Assembly: GCA_964405515.1 (NCBI GenBank)
Contig: CAYOOG010000001.1
Coordinates: forward strand, 1,003 to 65,002
Direction: 5' to 3'
Source of the DNA: an uncultured Alphaproteobacteria bacterium
GTDB lineage: Bacteria; Pseudomonadota; Alphaproteobacteria; JAPYRI01
DNA: 64,000 nt
Shown here: piece after piece, positions 29,967 through 39,756 of the stretch
Position numbering within the stretch: the stretch's first letter is position 1
Layout: each line of letters opens with the position of its first letter
Translations under genes and position numbers: made by a program
The notes under the pieces: generated by a model
Databases searched by the model: none
What the model saw: only the letters and a program-made list of their open reading frames with translations
What the model was told of the DNA's origin: nothing

Positions 29967-30503
29967 GTGGCCATGAGCAAAGCGACGAGCACGCCAAATG
30001 CCGCCAACTCCAACGGCCCGAGCCCGCAAGCCGGGACGGCGTCCTTGCGGAAGTTCCTTGTGGTCGTGGACGAGACCCCGGAATGCCGCTTGGCGGTGCG
30101 TTTTGCCGCGCGCCGGGCCGAGCATACCGGTGGCGTGATAGAATTGCTCTGTGTCGTCGAGCCGGTGGAGTTCCAGCATTGGCTGGGCGTTGAAACCCTG
30201 ATGCAGGAAGAGGCCATGGGCGAGGCGGAGACCGCGCTTACCAATCTGGTCGCCGAGGTTCGCACAACCATGGGCATCGAACCTGAAACCGTGATCCGCG
30301 AAGGTAAGGCTCACGAACAGATCATCGCCCTTATCGAGGAAGACCCGGGTATTCGCGTGCTGGTCCTCGGCGCGTCCTCGGCCAAGGAAGGGCCGGGGCC
30401 TTTGGTCTCGGCCATTGCCGGCCAGGGCGCGGGCGCCTTTAACATCCCCATTACCATCGTGCCCGGCGATCTCACGGAAGAGCAGATCGACGAACTCACG
30501 TAG
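29967..30503 (+). CDS. Universal stress protein (UspA family)
   Basis: KFLVVVDETPECRLAVRFAARRAEHTGGVIELLCVV...VLVLGASSAKEGPGPLVSAIAGQGAGAFNIPITIV follows the Usp ATP-binding-like pattern. The N-terminal ~25 aa may not be translated. Confidence 0.7.
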   Translation: MAMSKATSTPNAANSNGPSPQAGTASLRKFLVVVDETPECRLAVRFAARRAEHTGGVIELLCVVEPVEFQHWLGVETLMQEEAMGEAETALTNLVAEVRTTMGIEPETVIREGKAHEQIIALIEEDPGIRVLVLGASSAKEGPGPLVSAIAGQGAGAFNIPITIVPGDLTEEQIDELT

Positions 30504-30785
30504 AATTGAGCGCGTTACGGCCCATGGCCGGCGACGGGTCTTAGAATTGGCGGCATCCGCCGCCTGGCAGCCGCGCAGGTTTCCGGCGAACAGTCGATGG
30601 CGTCCGGTCGGGGGCTTCAAAAGATTCTGGTCCCGAAGAAATTAACGAAAAGCCTTGTCTGCCACGCCATAACCCGCATGAAGCTGCGGTTTCTCGGGCT
30701 GTCAATAGAACTTCCGCCTTGACAATAAAGGCCCCCTCAACCATTTATGGGCCAGACCGCATCCCTCAAGGCTATACAAATCATG

Positions 30786-31328
30786 TTTATCCAGACCGAA
30801 CCCACGCCCAATCCGGCGACCATGAAGTTCCTGCCCGGCCGAGATGTCATGGCCGGGGGCACCATGGATTTTGCCGACGCCAAGGCTGCCGAACGCTCAC
30901 CCCTGGCTCAGGCCCTCTTTGCCGTCGATGGCGTGGAGCGCGTGTTTTTTGGCGGGGATTTCGTCTCGGTCACCAAATCCGGCGGCGAATGGGAGCATCT
31001 GAAACCCGCAGTTTTGGGTGCGATCATGGAACATTATTCCTCCGGCGCGTCGCTTTTGGCGGAAAATGCCGCCAGTGCAGGGGCCGAGGACGAGGAAGAC
31101 AGCGACATCGTTCTGCAGATCAAAGACCTGCTGGAAACCCGCGTGCGACCGGCGGTTGCGCAGGATGGAGGCGATATTGTCTTCCAGGGATACGACGACG
31201 GCATCGTGTATTTGCACATGCAAGGTGCCTGCTCCGGGTGCCCAAGTTCGACAATGACCCTTAAATATGGTATTGAAAACCTGTTGAAACACTATATACC
31301 GGAAATTCTGGAAGTTCGGCCGGTATAG
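30786..31328 (+). CDS. NifU/Nfu-family Fe-S cluster scaffold/carrier (Nfu N-domain plus NifU C-terminal CxxC domain)
   Basis: From the internal Met MFIQTEPTPNPATMKFLPG, which is the Nfu_N domain. It continues to ...GYDDGIVYLHMQGACSGCPSSTMTLKYGIENLLKHYIPEI, the NifU-C domain. Confidence 0.8.
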   Translation, partial: FIQTEPTPNPATMKFLPGRDVMAGGTMDFADAKAAERSPLAQALFAVDGVERVFFGGDFVSVTKSGGEWEHLKPAVLGAIMEHYSSGASLLAENAASAGAEDEEDSDIVLQIKDLLETRVRPAVAQDGGDIVFQGYDDGIVYLHMQGACSGCPSSTMTLKYGIENLLKHYIPEILEVRPV

Positions 31329-31475
31329 TAATCAGCGGTTGACGGCTCTATCGTGGCGCCCCTTTGGCGCCTAAAGAGGGGTGTGTGCCGCAGAACACAA
31401 GGACTTAGTGTGAATTCCAGTCTGCATATTCAACGTTTGTTGCGCTTCAAACCCCGGGAAGTCCCCGGGTTTTTG

Positions 31476-32588
31476 ATGAATCGGGTGCCGTCGCGGCTGC
31501 CCCGCCGCAGGTTTTGGCGTCGTCTGGCCTGGGCAATCAAGGGCCGCAAACGCCTGCACTATTCCATTGCAGATAGAATTAACAGCTCAACAGTTTATGC
31601 CCGCGTGCAATCGGCGGCACGGCCCCTTACGGACCAGTTCAACGGTTTGGAGCGGATGGCCATGGCTGGGCTTGCCATGGCCTTCGGCATGATGGCCGCC
31701 ATAATCGGCGTTAATCACGCGTATCTTCCCCTGGACCGGGCGCCGCTTGAACAAAATTCCACCGTTATCATCGATCGCTCTGCCGTTGATACCGCCGCCG
31801 GCGAGCAACTTGCGTTGCAGTTCGCCAGCCTCGAATACGCGCTTCCCGCGGTCTTCGCCGGGGATATCGACGTGCCGCGCATCTACGTGGCCAACTTGCC
31901 GCCCAATATGGCGAGGATGACCACGGGAGCCCGCAAGGCCTTGTTCATCCGCACCATGTTGCCCCTTGTTCTCAAGCAGAACGAAACGATTTTGGCCGAC
32001 CGTCAAAAGCTCATTCGCCTCAGCGATCAGGTAGCGGCGGGCGTGCCGCTGGATAGCGCCGATGCCGAATGGATGACGGCGCTGGCCGAGGCTTACCGGG
32101 TCAAGTCCGGCGACACGGCGGCGTTGCTCGCCCGGGTCGATGTGGTTCCGCCCTCGCTTGCCGTGGCCCAAGGGGCCGAGGAATCGGGCTGGGGCACATC
32201 GCGTTTTGCCGTTCTTGGCAACGCCCTCTTTGGCCAGTGGACCCACGTGAAGGGCGCGGGGATTGTGCCCGAAGGCCGCAACAGCGGCGCCAGTCATGAA
32301 ATCAAGGTTTTTGAGGCCCTGGAAGGTTCGGTGGCCGGTTACATGCGCAACCTCAATACCCACGCTGCTTACCGTGATCTGCGCGCAGCCCGGGCCGAGA
32401 TGCGCCATAGCGGCGCGCCCCTGGACGGAATGATTCTCGCCGGGACCCTGACCAAATATTCCCAGCGTGGCGAGGCCTACGTGACGTCGATACAAACGAT
32501 CATGCGCGCCAACAAATTGTCAGCCCTTGATCGCGCCAGTTTGCGCCCAGCGCTGACGGCATCCCTGAAGAGAAACCCCGAGGGCTGA
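31476..32588 (+). CDS. Glucosaminidase-domain protein (Bax/FlgJ-like mannosyl-glycoprotein endo-beta-N-acetylglucosaminidase family)
   Basis: The C-terminal half (QGAEESGWGTSRFAVLGNALFGQW...EGSVAGYMRNLNTHAAYRDLR) is a glucosaminidase domain. The start is ambiguous; the ORF extends to 31353. Confidence 0.65.
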   Translation: MNRVPSRLPRRRFWRRLAWAIKGRKRLHYSIADRINSSTVYARVQSAARPLTDQFNGLERMAMAGLAMAFGMMAAIIGVNHAYLPLDRAPLEQNSTVIIDRSAVDTAAGEQLALQFASLEYALPAVFAGDIDVPRIYVANLPPNMARMTTGARKALFIRTMLPLVLKQNETILADRQKLIRLSDQVAAGVPLDSADAEWMTALAEAYRVKSGDTAALLARVDVVPPSLAVAQGAEESGWGTSRFAVLGNALFGQWTHVKGAGIVPEGRNSGASHEIKVFEALEGSVAGYMRNLNTHAAYRDLRAARAEMRHSGAPLDGMILAGTLTKYSQRGEAYVTSIQTIMRANKLSALDRASLRPALTASLKRNPEG

Positions 32589-32620
32589 GGTCTCACCCTC
32601 CAAACTCCATCTAGCTTTAT

Positions 32621-33757
32621 CTAAGGTTTCGGCGTGTAAAACTGCGTGCCGTTCCAGCGCCAGCGTCCACCCGGCCCCGGCACCGTACAGTTGACGCGGC
32701 TGCGCCCCGCCGGAAGCGGCGCCGATGCCCGCACCTCAAATCTGTGTTCCCCCAGGCGCTCGATATCGGCCGCCTCACCTTCGTGGGAATAGAAGCACGA
32801 AAGCCGATCTAAACGTGCGATACCGCTACCGACCGTGAACCCAAAGGGCGGCGGGTTGACCGTGACAATCGTGTCCGCCGGCGTGATTTCAGACATCGGC
32901 AAGGGCAGGGCGTTGGCGGCGAGCCTGAAACGGTCCAGGCCGGCGTACTTTTCATTGAGCGCGAAGCGCGGCAAGGCAAACATATTGATGCCGGTATAGA
33001 CCACTCCCGAGTGCTGCCCGAAGGCGGCATCAAACCCGGCCTCCCGCGCCAGGTCTTGCTGGGTCAGCCCGAACTCACCGTAAGGATAGGCGAACAGATT
33101 GGGGCGAAACCCCAGCTCGGCCTCGAAGCGGGCGTTGGCATCGGCGATATTGGCCCGGTTCTTCTCGCTGTCGGCCGGGGGCATGTGGCCATGGTCCACG
33201 GTGTGGTTGCCGATAGTCACGCCGGCCGCCGCCAGTTCCCTGATCTGGTCCCAGTTCATCAAGCCTTCGTACCCGCCGTCCACGGGGCCGGTGGAAACGA
33301 ACAGTGTAAAGCTCAAACCGGCTTCCCGAAGCCTGGGCCAAGCCTCTTCATAAACAGATAGAAAAGCGTCATCGACGGTCAGCGCCAGTGTCTTTTCGGG
33401 CAGGGTTTCGCCTGAAGTGATCGCGGCAACGATGCGGGGCAGGGGCAGCACGGTATAACCGCCCTCGGCAATTTCCGCCAAATGGGCCTCGAACTGTTCG
33501 ATGGTTACGTTGGTGCTGGGGTAGGCGGACTCGCCAAAGCGGTGGTACAGCATGACCACGGCTGATGCCGTCACTGTCTCCGCCGCGGTCACGGGCGCCG
33601 CCAGCAAAGACAAAGTCGCTGCCGGCAAAAACAAAGCCGCGACCAACGGCGCGGCAAGCAACCTAGTGGCCAGGATCCGCTTGGCCAAAGCAATTAGGCG
33701 CTGCCCGGACCGCCGCCAAACCCCCATTTCCGTACCTCCCCTTAGCGGGAAATCCAC
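32621..33757 (-). CDS. Polysaccharide deacetylase family protein (NodB-type), secreted
   Basis: It has a signal peptide. LALTVDDAFLSVYEEAWPRLREAGLSFTLFVSTG...TIGNHTVDHGHM is the NodB homology domain with its Asp and His motifs. The start is probably at the second Met, near 33727. Confidence 0.75.
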   Translation of the reverse strand: MDFPLRGGTEMGVWRRSGQRLIALAKRILATRLLAAPLVAALFLPAATLSLLAAPVTAAETVTASAVVMLYHRFGESAYPSTNVTIEQFEAHLAEIAEGGYTVLPLPRIVAAITSGETLPEKTLALTVDDAFLSVYEEAWPRLREAGLSFTLFVSTGPVDGGYEGLMNWDQIRELAAAGVTIGNHTVDHGHMPPADSEKNRANIADANARFEAELGFRPNLFAYPYGEFGLTQQDLAREAGFDAAFGQHSGVVYTGINMFALPRFALNEKYAGLDRFRLAANALPLPMSEITPADTIVTVNPPPFGFTVGSGIARLDRLSCFYSHEGEAADIERLGEHRFEVRASAPLPAGRSRVNCTVPGPGGRWRWNGTQFYTPKP

Positions 33758-33901
33758 CGCACCCTATGTACTGTATTCCGACATGGTTTGCGAGACCGGG
33801 GCCCGTGGCCGGGCTCTTCGGGTTTGCGAGGGTTTGACGCGCGGGCGCATATGGGATAGCGCTTGTTGGTTAGCTCTACCCCTCCAAACATATATGGAGC
33901 C

Positions 33902-34573
33902 ATGAAAGTACTGGCCTTCGATACCGCTCTTGGCGCCTGCTCGGCCGCTGTCGTGGAAAGCGGACGCGTATTGGCGAAGGCTTTCGAGCCGCGCACACGC
34001 GGCCACGCCGAGGCGCTCATGCCCATGGTCGAACGGGTGCGCGCCGAGGCCTGTCTTGAATATGAAGATATTGACCGTCTTGCGGTGACCGTGGGCCCGG
34101 GCACCTTCACCGGATTGCGCGTCGGTCTTTCGGCCGCGCGCGGGTTGGCCCTGGCCGCGGGCAAACCCCTTGTCGGCCTGACCACACTGGAGGTTCTGGC
34201 GGCGGCGGCGATGTTGGAAAACGCACAGCACGAAGGCCACGTGAGTGTTCTCATCGACGCCCGCCGTGGCCAGGTCTACAGGCAATCCTTCGGTCCGGAT
34301 CGGCGGCCCCTTAATAATGCCGAGGCGATTGACATTGGGAACATAGCTGATCAACTGCCACCGGGCCCCGGGGGCTTGGCGGGCAGCGGCGTCGCGATTG
34401 CCGCCGAGGTGCTGCGGGAGTGCCGCGCCGATCTGATCCGACTTGACGCGCCCGAGCAACCGGACGCCGTCATCGTCGCGGCCCTCGGCGCATTGCGGGA
34501 ACTCGATGCGGATGCGGCTCCGCCAAACCCGCTTTACCTGCGGCCGCCGGACGCCAAGTTGCCGGCATCATGA
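33902..34573 (+). CDS. tsaB: tRNA threonylcarbamoyladenosine biosynthesis protein TsaB (YeaZ)
   Basis: From the internal Met MKVLAFDTALGACSAAVVESGRVL...VGPGTFTGLRVGLSAARGLALA. It is followed by rimI. Confidence 0.85.
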   Translation: MKVLAFDTALGACSAAVVESGRVLAKAFEPRTRGHAEALMPMVERVRAEACLEYEDIDRLAVTVGPGTFTGLRVGLSAARGLALAAGKPLVGLTTLEVLAAAAMLENAQHEGHVSVLIDARRGQVYRQSFGPDRRPLNNAEAIDIGNIADQLPPGPGGLAGSGVAIAAEVLRECRADLIRLDAPEQPDAVIVAALGALRELDADAAPPNPLYLRPPDAKLPAS

Positions 34574-35118
34574 ATGGCATTATGACCGGCGAGACAGAAG
34601 TGTCTGTCCTGGGGGGCGCCGGCGCCGGGACTCTGGCGGCGCTTCACCGGGCCTGTTTCGCGGGCTCGGGCACCAGATCCTGGAGCGAAGAGGAATTCGC
34701 CACTTTGCTGAGCCTGCCTGGAACTTCCGCAGTGGTGACGGAAGCTCTCGTTGCGGAAGCGCCGGTATGCGAGACCGTGCCTGCGGGATTCGCGCTATTT
34801 CGTGTGGCCGGCGGCGAGGGCGAGTTGCTTTCCATCGGCGTCCTTCCCGAGGCGCGATCAAAGGGCCATGGCAACCGGCTGTTGTCGGCTGTCTTGCGAC
34901 TTGCGGCACCAGAGGCGGCCCTGCTGCATCTCGAGGTCGGAGAACACAACATGGCTGCCCGGCGTCTCTATGAAAAGGCCGGGTTCGAACCGTCGGGCCG
35001 GCGCCCGGGATACTACGGCGCGGGTGAGAGCAACGAAGATGCACTGACTTACTCTCTCACCTTGGAGGGTCACGTCGGCACTTTTACCGGGGCTTTAGGC
35101 CATGACAGAAGGGCCTGA
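34570..35118 (+). CDS. rimI: Ribosomal-protein-alanine N-acetyltransferase (GNAT)
   Basis: LLSIGVLPEARSKGHGNRLLSAVL...MAARRLYEKAGFE is a GNAT fold. It forms a tsaB-rimI pair. Confidence 0.8.
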   Translation: MNGIMTGETEVSVLGGAGAGTLAALHRACFAGSGTRSWSEEEFATLLSLPGTSAVVTEALVAEAPVCETVPAGFALFRVAGGEGELLSIGVLPEARSKGHGNRLLSAVLRLAAPEAALLHLEVGEHNMAARRLYEKAGFEPSGRRPGYYGAGESNEDALTYSLTLEGHVGTFTGALGHDRRA

Positions 35119-35131
35119 AAGGGAGTACAAA

Positions 35132-35149
35132 CTAATGAGAATTGATCTC
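35132..35149. promoter_or_regulatory. Weak Fur-box-like AT-rich hexamer repeat upstream of fur (possible autoregulation)
   Basis: ctAATGAGAATTGATCtc partially matches the GATAATGATAATCATTATC consensus, roughly 11 of 19 positions. It lies about 50 nt upstream of the fur ATG. Confidence 0.25.
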
Positions 35150-35200
35150 ACGGGAACATATGGACCGCCCCGGCATGGAATGCAGCAGGAGTAGCGATTA

Positions 35201-35611
35201 ATGGCCGACCGCATTGAGAATCTATGCGTTGAAAAGGGCATGCGCATGACCGAGCAGCGCCGGGTCATTGCCCGTGTGCTTTCCAAGGCGGATGACCACC
35301 CGGACGTGGAAGAGCTCTACCATCGCGCCGCCGTGATCGACCCCAATATCAGTATTGCCACGGTCTACCGCACGGTTCGCCTGTTTGAAGAAGCCGGTAT
35401 CCTTGAACGCCATGATTTCCGCGACGGTCGCGCCCGCTTTGAAGAGGCAACGGAAGGCCACCACGACCATCTCATCAACGTACAATCCGGCGAAATCACC
35501 GAATTCAAGAATAGTGAAATTGAGGAATTGCAGCGGCGTATGGCGGAAAAGCTGGGGTACAAGCTTATTGATCATCGCCTAGAGCTCTATGGCGTACCCC
35601 TGAAAAAATAG
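35201..35611 (+). CDS. fur: Fur-family metalloregulator (Fur/Mur)
   Basis: 136 aa. RMTEQRRVIARVLSKADDHPDVEELY...ISIATVYRTVRLFEEAGIL...HHDHLIN... follows the Fur pattern. Confidence 0.85.
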   Translation: MADRIENLCVEKGMRMTEQRRVIARVLSKADDHPDVEELYHRAAVIDPNISIATVYRTVRLFEEAGILERHDFRDGRARFEEATEGHHDHLINVQSGEITEFKNSEIEELQRRMAEKLGYKLIDHRLELYGVPLKK

Positions 35612-35801
35612 GATTCCGTTGGGGATTGATGCCGCGGGAATTCTTGCCAAGTGAAATACGCAAGCTACGGGAAACATTGACTTTTTGTGCCAATGGTCAT
35701 TAATCTCGCCTGGTGTTCATACATTCTCATGACGTTGAATGTTCCGGCCTTGCTCCAGAAGAAGGCCAGGGAATGACGCCTTATGGTGTCCACGGAATAA
35801 A

Positions 35802-37202
35802 TTGCCTAAGTCTCTTTTCATAAAAACCTACGGCTGCCAGATGAACGTCTACGACTCCGGTCGTATGGAGGAACTCCTGGCGCCCGAGGGTTATGTCCAG
35901 GGAACCTCCCCCGACGAGGCCGACCTGATCATCCTCAATACCTGTCATATCCGCGAGAAGGCGGCGGAAAAGGTTTATTCGGAACTCGGCCGCTTGCGTC
36001 CCTTGAAAGAGGCAAAGCGCCGCGCCGGTGGCCGCATGGTTGTTGCCGTGGGTGGTTGCGTGGCCCAGGCCGAGGGGGTGGAGATCATGCGGCGGGCGCC
36101 GGTCGTCGACATCGTCTTCGGGCCGCAGACTTACCACCGGCTACCCGCACTGGTCAGCAAGGTATTGGACGGCGAGGGCCGCGCCGTTCTCGACACTGAC
36201 TTTCCGACTGAGTCCAAGTTTGATTTTTTGCCTAAGGGTCTGGATGGTCTTTCAGCCAAAGATTCAGGTACGGGAAATCCGGCGGCGTTTCTCACCGTGC
36301 AGGAAGGCTGCGACAAGTTCTGCACCTTCTGCGTTGTTCCCTATACACGGGGCGCTGAATATTCCCGCCCGGTCGAGGAAGTTGAAGCGGAAGCCCGCCG
36401 CCTGGTGGCGGGCGGTGCCCTCGAAATCACCTTGTTGGGCCAGAACGTCAACGCCTATCACGGCGGGGACAGGAGCGGCACGCCCATCGGCCTGGGCCGG
36501 TTGTTGGAAAGGCTGGCCCGGATCAATGGCATCCAGCGACTACGCTACGCAACATCTCACCCGGTTGACATGGACGATGAACTCCTGGCCGCGCACCGCG
36601 ACTTGCCACAAATGATGCCGTTCCTGCATTTGCCGGTGCAAAGCGGATCGGACAAGGTGCTTGGCCTCATGAACCGGCGGCACCGGGCGGACGACTATTT
36701 GCGCACCGCCGCGCGCGCGCGCGAGGCCCGCCCCGATCTCGCTCTTTCCAGTGATTTTATTGTCGGCTTTCCGGGCGAAAGCGAGGCCGACTTTGCCGAG
36801 ACGTTACGGCTGGTGAGCGAAGTTGAATTCGCCCAGGCCTATTCCTTCAAGTACAGCGCCCGCCCGGGGACGCCTGCGGCGGCCCTCGACGGACAAGTGG
36901 AGGAAGCGGAAAAGAGCGACAGGCTCTTGCGTCTGCAGAATCTGTTGAACGAGCAGCAGCAGGTCTTTAACGAGGCTTGTGTCGGGCGCGTCATGGAAGT
37001 GCTCTTTGAGCGCCCGGGCCGCCGGGCCGGTCAACTGGTGGGACGCAGCCCTTACATGCAGGCGGTTCACGCCGATGCCGGGGACGATTGCCTGAGCCGT
37101 GTCGTCGGCGTTGAAATTGAATCAGGTCAGGCCAACAGTTTGGCGGGCCGGCTGGTGGATACGGCGCCCGGGCAGCTGAGCCGGCGGGGCGCGGCGGCAT
37201 GA
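35802..37202 (+). CDS. miaB: tRNA-i6A37 methylthiotransferase MiaB
   Basis: A TTG start gives [19 protein letters not shown]. It carries the radical-SAM motif [11 protein letters not shown] and a TRAM domain. The supplied ORF begins at 35739. Confidence 0.9.
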   Translation: MPKSLFIKTYGCQMNVYDSGRMEELLAPEGYVQGTSPDEADLIILNTCHIREKAAEKVYSELGRLRPLKEAKRRAGGRMVVAVGGCVAQAEGVEIMRRAPVVDIVFGPQTYHRLPALVSKVLDGEGRAVLDTDFPTESKFDFLPKGLDGLSAKDSGTGNPAAFLTVQEGCDKFCTFCVVPYTRGAEYSRPVEEVEAEARRLVAGGALEITLLGQNVNAYHGGDRSGTPIGLGRLLERLARINGIQRLRYATSHPVDMDDELLAAHRDLPQMMPFLHLPVQSGSDKVLGLMNRRHRADDYLRTAARAREARPDLALSSDFIVGFPGESEADFAETLRLVSEVEFAQAYSFKYSARPGTPAAALDGQVEEAEKSDRLLRLQNLLNEQQQVFNEACVGRVMEVLFERPGRRAGQLVGRSPYMQAVHADAGDDCLSRVVGVEIESGQANSLAGRLVDTAPGQLSRRGAAA

Positions 37203-38242
37203 CAACTTCGGCCAAGAGAGACAAGGCGGCGAATGAGGTGGACCCCTTGATCCTCAATTTCGATGACAATGGATTGTTGCCTTCCCTGTTCGGCGAACAC
37301 GACCGGCACCTCGCGCGCATCGAGCAAAAACTTGGTGTGTCGCTCCATTCCCGTGGCAATCGTGTCGCGGTTTCCGGTCCGCCTGAATCGTGCAGTATTA
37401 CCAGCACCGTGCTGCGGGACTTATACAAGCGGTTGGAAAGCGGCATGGACGTCGGCGAAGGCGAAGTGGACGCCGCTATCCGCATGGCGAATGCCGATCC
37501 GGGCGGCGGGGCAGCCGGCGGCAAGGGCAATCATTCGGTTTCCGACGCGGCGCTGCAATTGAAGACCTTTGGCCGTAGTGTCACGCCGCGCTCACCCATG
37601 CAGGCGGAATACGTGGCGCGAATATTCGATCATGAACTGGTCTTCGGCCTTGGGCCCGCGGGCACCGGCAAGACATATCTGGCTGTGGCGGCCGCCGTGT
37701 CCATGTTGCGGGAGGGTCAGGTGGACCGGCTGGTATTATCACGGCCCGCGGTGGAGGCGGGCGAGCGCCTCGGCTTTCTTCCCGGCGACATGCGCGACAA
37801 GGTGGATCCTTATTTGCGGCCACTCTATGACGCGCTCAACGAAATGCTGCCGGGAGGCCAACTGATGCGGCGCATGGAAAGCGGCGATATTGAAGTGGCC
37901 CCCCTGGCTTTCATGCGCGGGCGGACGCTCACGAATTCGTTCGTGATACTGGACGAAGCGCAAAACACTACGCCGGTGCAGATGAAAATGTTCCTGACGC
38001 GGTTGGGCGAGAATTCCCGCATGGTTGTAACGGGTGACCCCAGCCAAGTAGATTTGCCGCCCGGTATTACATCGGGTGTAGCGGACGCGAGGGCAACACT
38101 GAAGAAGGTCAAGGGAGTTTGCTTTGTTCGTTTCAGTGACGCCGACGTCGTTCGCCACCCGCTGGTCACCCGCGTGGTCCGCGCCTACAACGAACGTGAC
38201 GCAAGACGCAGCGAAGAATCCACAAACGGTGGAAGCAAGTAA
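37199..38242 (+). CDS. ybeZ: PhoH-like ATPase (YbeZ)
   Basis: Walker A is [16 protein letters not shown]. The C-terminal half is PhoH-like, ending [36 protein letters not shown]. Confidence 0.9.
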   Translation: MTTSAKRDKAANEVDPLILNFDDNGLLPSLFGEHDRHLARIEQKLGVSLHSRGNRVAVSGPPESCSITSTVLRDLYKRLESGMDVGEGEVDAAIRMANADPGGGAAGGKGNHSVSDAALQLKTFGRSVTPRSPMQAEYVARIFDHELVFGLGPAGTGKTYLAVAAAVSMLREGQVDRLVLSRPAVEAGERLGFLPGDMRDKVDPYLRPLYDALNEMLPGGQLMRRMESGDIEVAPLAFMRGRTLTNSFVILDEAQNTTPVQMKMFLTRLGENSRMVVTGDPSQVDLPPGITSGVADARATLKKVKGVCFVRFSDADVVRHPLVTRVVRAYNERDARRSEESTNGGSK

Positions 38243-38817
38243 TGTCCGGATGTCCAGCCCAGGTTGGAGAAGCAACCTTGCATCAAACCGACATCACGGT
38301 TGCGGCCCCACAATGGGTCCGCGACCTAACCGATATCGAAGACCTCTGCCGCCGCGCCGTGGCCATGACCTTGGATGTAAGTGCGCTTGACGTAAGCGCC
38401 CCGGATGCCGTCTCCGGGCCCCTCGAAGTCAGTCTATTGCTCACCGACGACGAGGCCGTGCGCCATCTTAACAATCAATACCGAAATAGCGACGAGGCAA
38501 CGAACGTCCTGTCGTTTCCCGGCAATCACCTGGGCGATGCCGCCGCCGCGGGCGGGCCCATTGTGCTGGGGGATATCGTGCTGGCTTACCAAACCGTAGC
38601 CCGAGAGGCGTCGTCTTGCGGCTTGACGCTAGCCGACCACTTAAGCCATCTGGTCGCGCACGGCCTGTTGCATTTGATGGGGTACGACCATCAAGAGAAG
38701 GCTGAAGCTGAACACATGGAAGCTCTTGAAGCGGATATCTTGAAGAGCCTTGGTATTGACGATCCCCATGGTAGCCTCGGGGGCGAGGGCGGGGCGACAA
38801 ATGGAAAGGAATCATGA
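38242..38817 (+). CDS. ybeY: Endoribonuclease YbeY (rRNA maturation)
   Basis: HLVAHGLLHLMGYDH is the zinc-binding H3xH5xH motif. It sits in a phoH-ybeY-corC-lnt block. Confidence 0.9.
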   Translation: MSGCPAQVGEATLHQTDITVAAPQWVRDLTDIEDLCRRAVAMTLDVSALDVSAPDAVSGPLEVSLLLTDDEAVRHLNNQYRNSDEATNVLSFPGNHLGDAAAAGGPIVLGDIVLAYQTVAREASSCGLTLADHLSHLVAHGLLHLMGYDHQEKAEAEHMEALEADILKSLGIDDPHGSLGGEGGATNGKES

Positions 38818-39746
38818 GCGACTCTTCCAGTAGCGGGCCCCGCGGTGGCGGGGCCGACGACACACCATCATTATTCGCCGCGCTTGCTGATTGGTTGAGC
38901 GGGCTTGGCGGGGGGCGAAACGGCGAGGCGACGCTACGCGAAAGCCTCGACGAAGTTCTCGAAGAACACGAAGACGGCACGCGTTCACTCGAGCCCGAGG
39001 AACGCGCCATGCTCAGTAATATCCTTGAATTCGGTGACCGCCGTGCCGGAGACGTCATGGTGCCTCGGGCCGATATTGTCGGTGTCGAGGTTTCGACCAG
39101 CAGAGAGGAATTAATGGCCTTGTTCGCCGGCGCCGCGCACTCGCGTCTTCCGGTCTACAGAGAGACATTGGACGACCCCTTGGGAATGGTTCACATCAAG
39201 GATTTGTTGGCCGCCGTCGCCGTCGGTTCAGATACCTCTCTCGCCGACATGGTGCGTCAGGTTCTCATCGTGCCGCCGTCCATACCGGTGCTGGAACTCT
39301 TGAGCAAAATGCGCGCGACACGCCGTCACATGGCTCTGGTTGTCGATGAATATGGTGGCACCGACGGGCTGGTAACCATCGAAGACGTGGTCGAGGAAAT
39401 TGTCGGCGAAATAGAGGACGAGCACGACGAAGTAGAGAAGCCCTTGGTGGCGCCGTTACGCGGCGGCGGCTTCGAGGCGGATGCCCGTGTCACTATCGCT
39501 GAATTCGAGGAGCATGTCGGCTGCGATCTCTTGCCCGACGAAAAAGAGGAAGATATCGATACGCTGGGTGGGCTGGTGTTCTCATTGTTCGGGAGGGTGC
39601 CCGGCAAGGGTGAAGTCATCTCGCACCCCTCGGGCCTGCGAATTGAGGTTCTCGAGGCCGACCCGCGCCGGGTCCTTCGTCTCAAGGTGGGGCCAATGGA
39701 CGAGGTGGCCGGCGCCGGCGAAGATGGCGGCACGACCAAGGACTAA
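38814..39746 (+). CDS. corC: CBS-pair / CorC-HlyC transporter-associated domain protein (CorC/YbeX)
   Basis: It has two CBS domains (VMVPRADIVGV...; MALVVDEYGGTDGLVTIEDVVEEIVGEI) and a CorC_HlyC C-terminal domain. Confidence 0.85.
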   Translation: MSDSSSSGPRGGGADDTPSLFAALADWLSGLGGGRNGEATLRESLDEVLEEHEDGTRSLEPEERAMLSNILEFGDRRAGDVMVPRADIVGVEVSTSREELMALFAGAAHSRLPVYRETLDDPLGMVHIKDLLAAVAVGSDTSLADMVRQVLIVPPSIPVLELLSKMRATRRHMALVVDEYGGTDGLVTIEDVVEEIVGEIEDEHDEVEKPLVAPLRGGGFEADARVTIAEFEEHVGCDLLPDEKEEDIDTLGGLVFSLFGRVPGKGEVISHPSGLRIEVLEADPRRVLRLKVGPMDEVAGAGEDGGTTKD

Positions 39747-39756
39747 GCTGCCGCCA

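Noticed and set aside
30504-30785. A 280-bp gap upstream of the Nfu gene containing GGCGG-cat-CCGCC and a TTGACA hexamer, considered as an sRNA or operator.
   Set aside because: It is a plausible ordinary promoter region for the Nfu gene. No T-run terminator or recognisable operator motif such as an IscR box or RirA box was identified with confidence.
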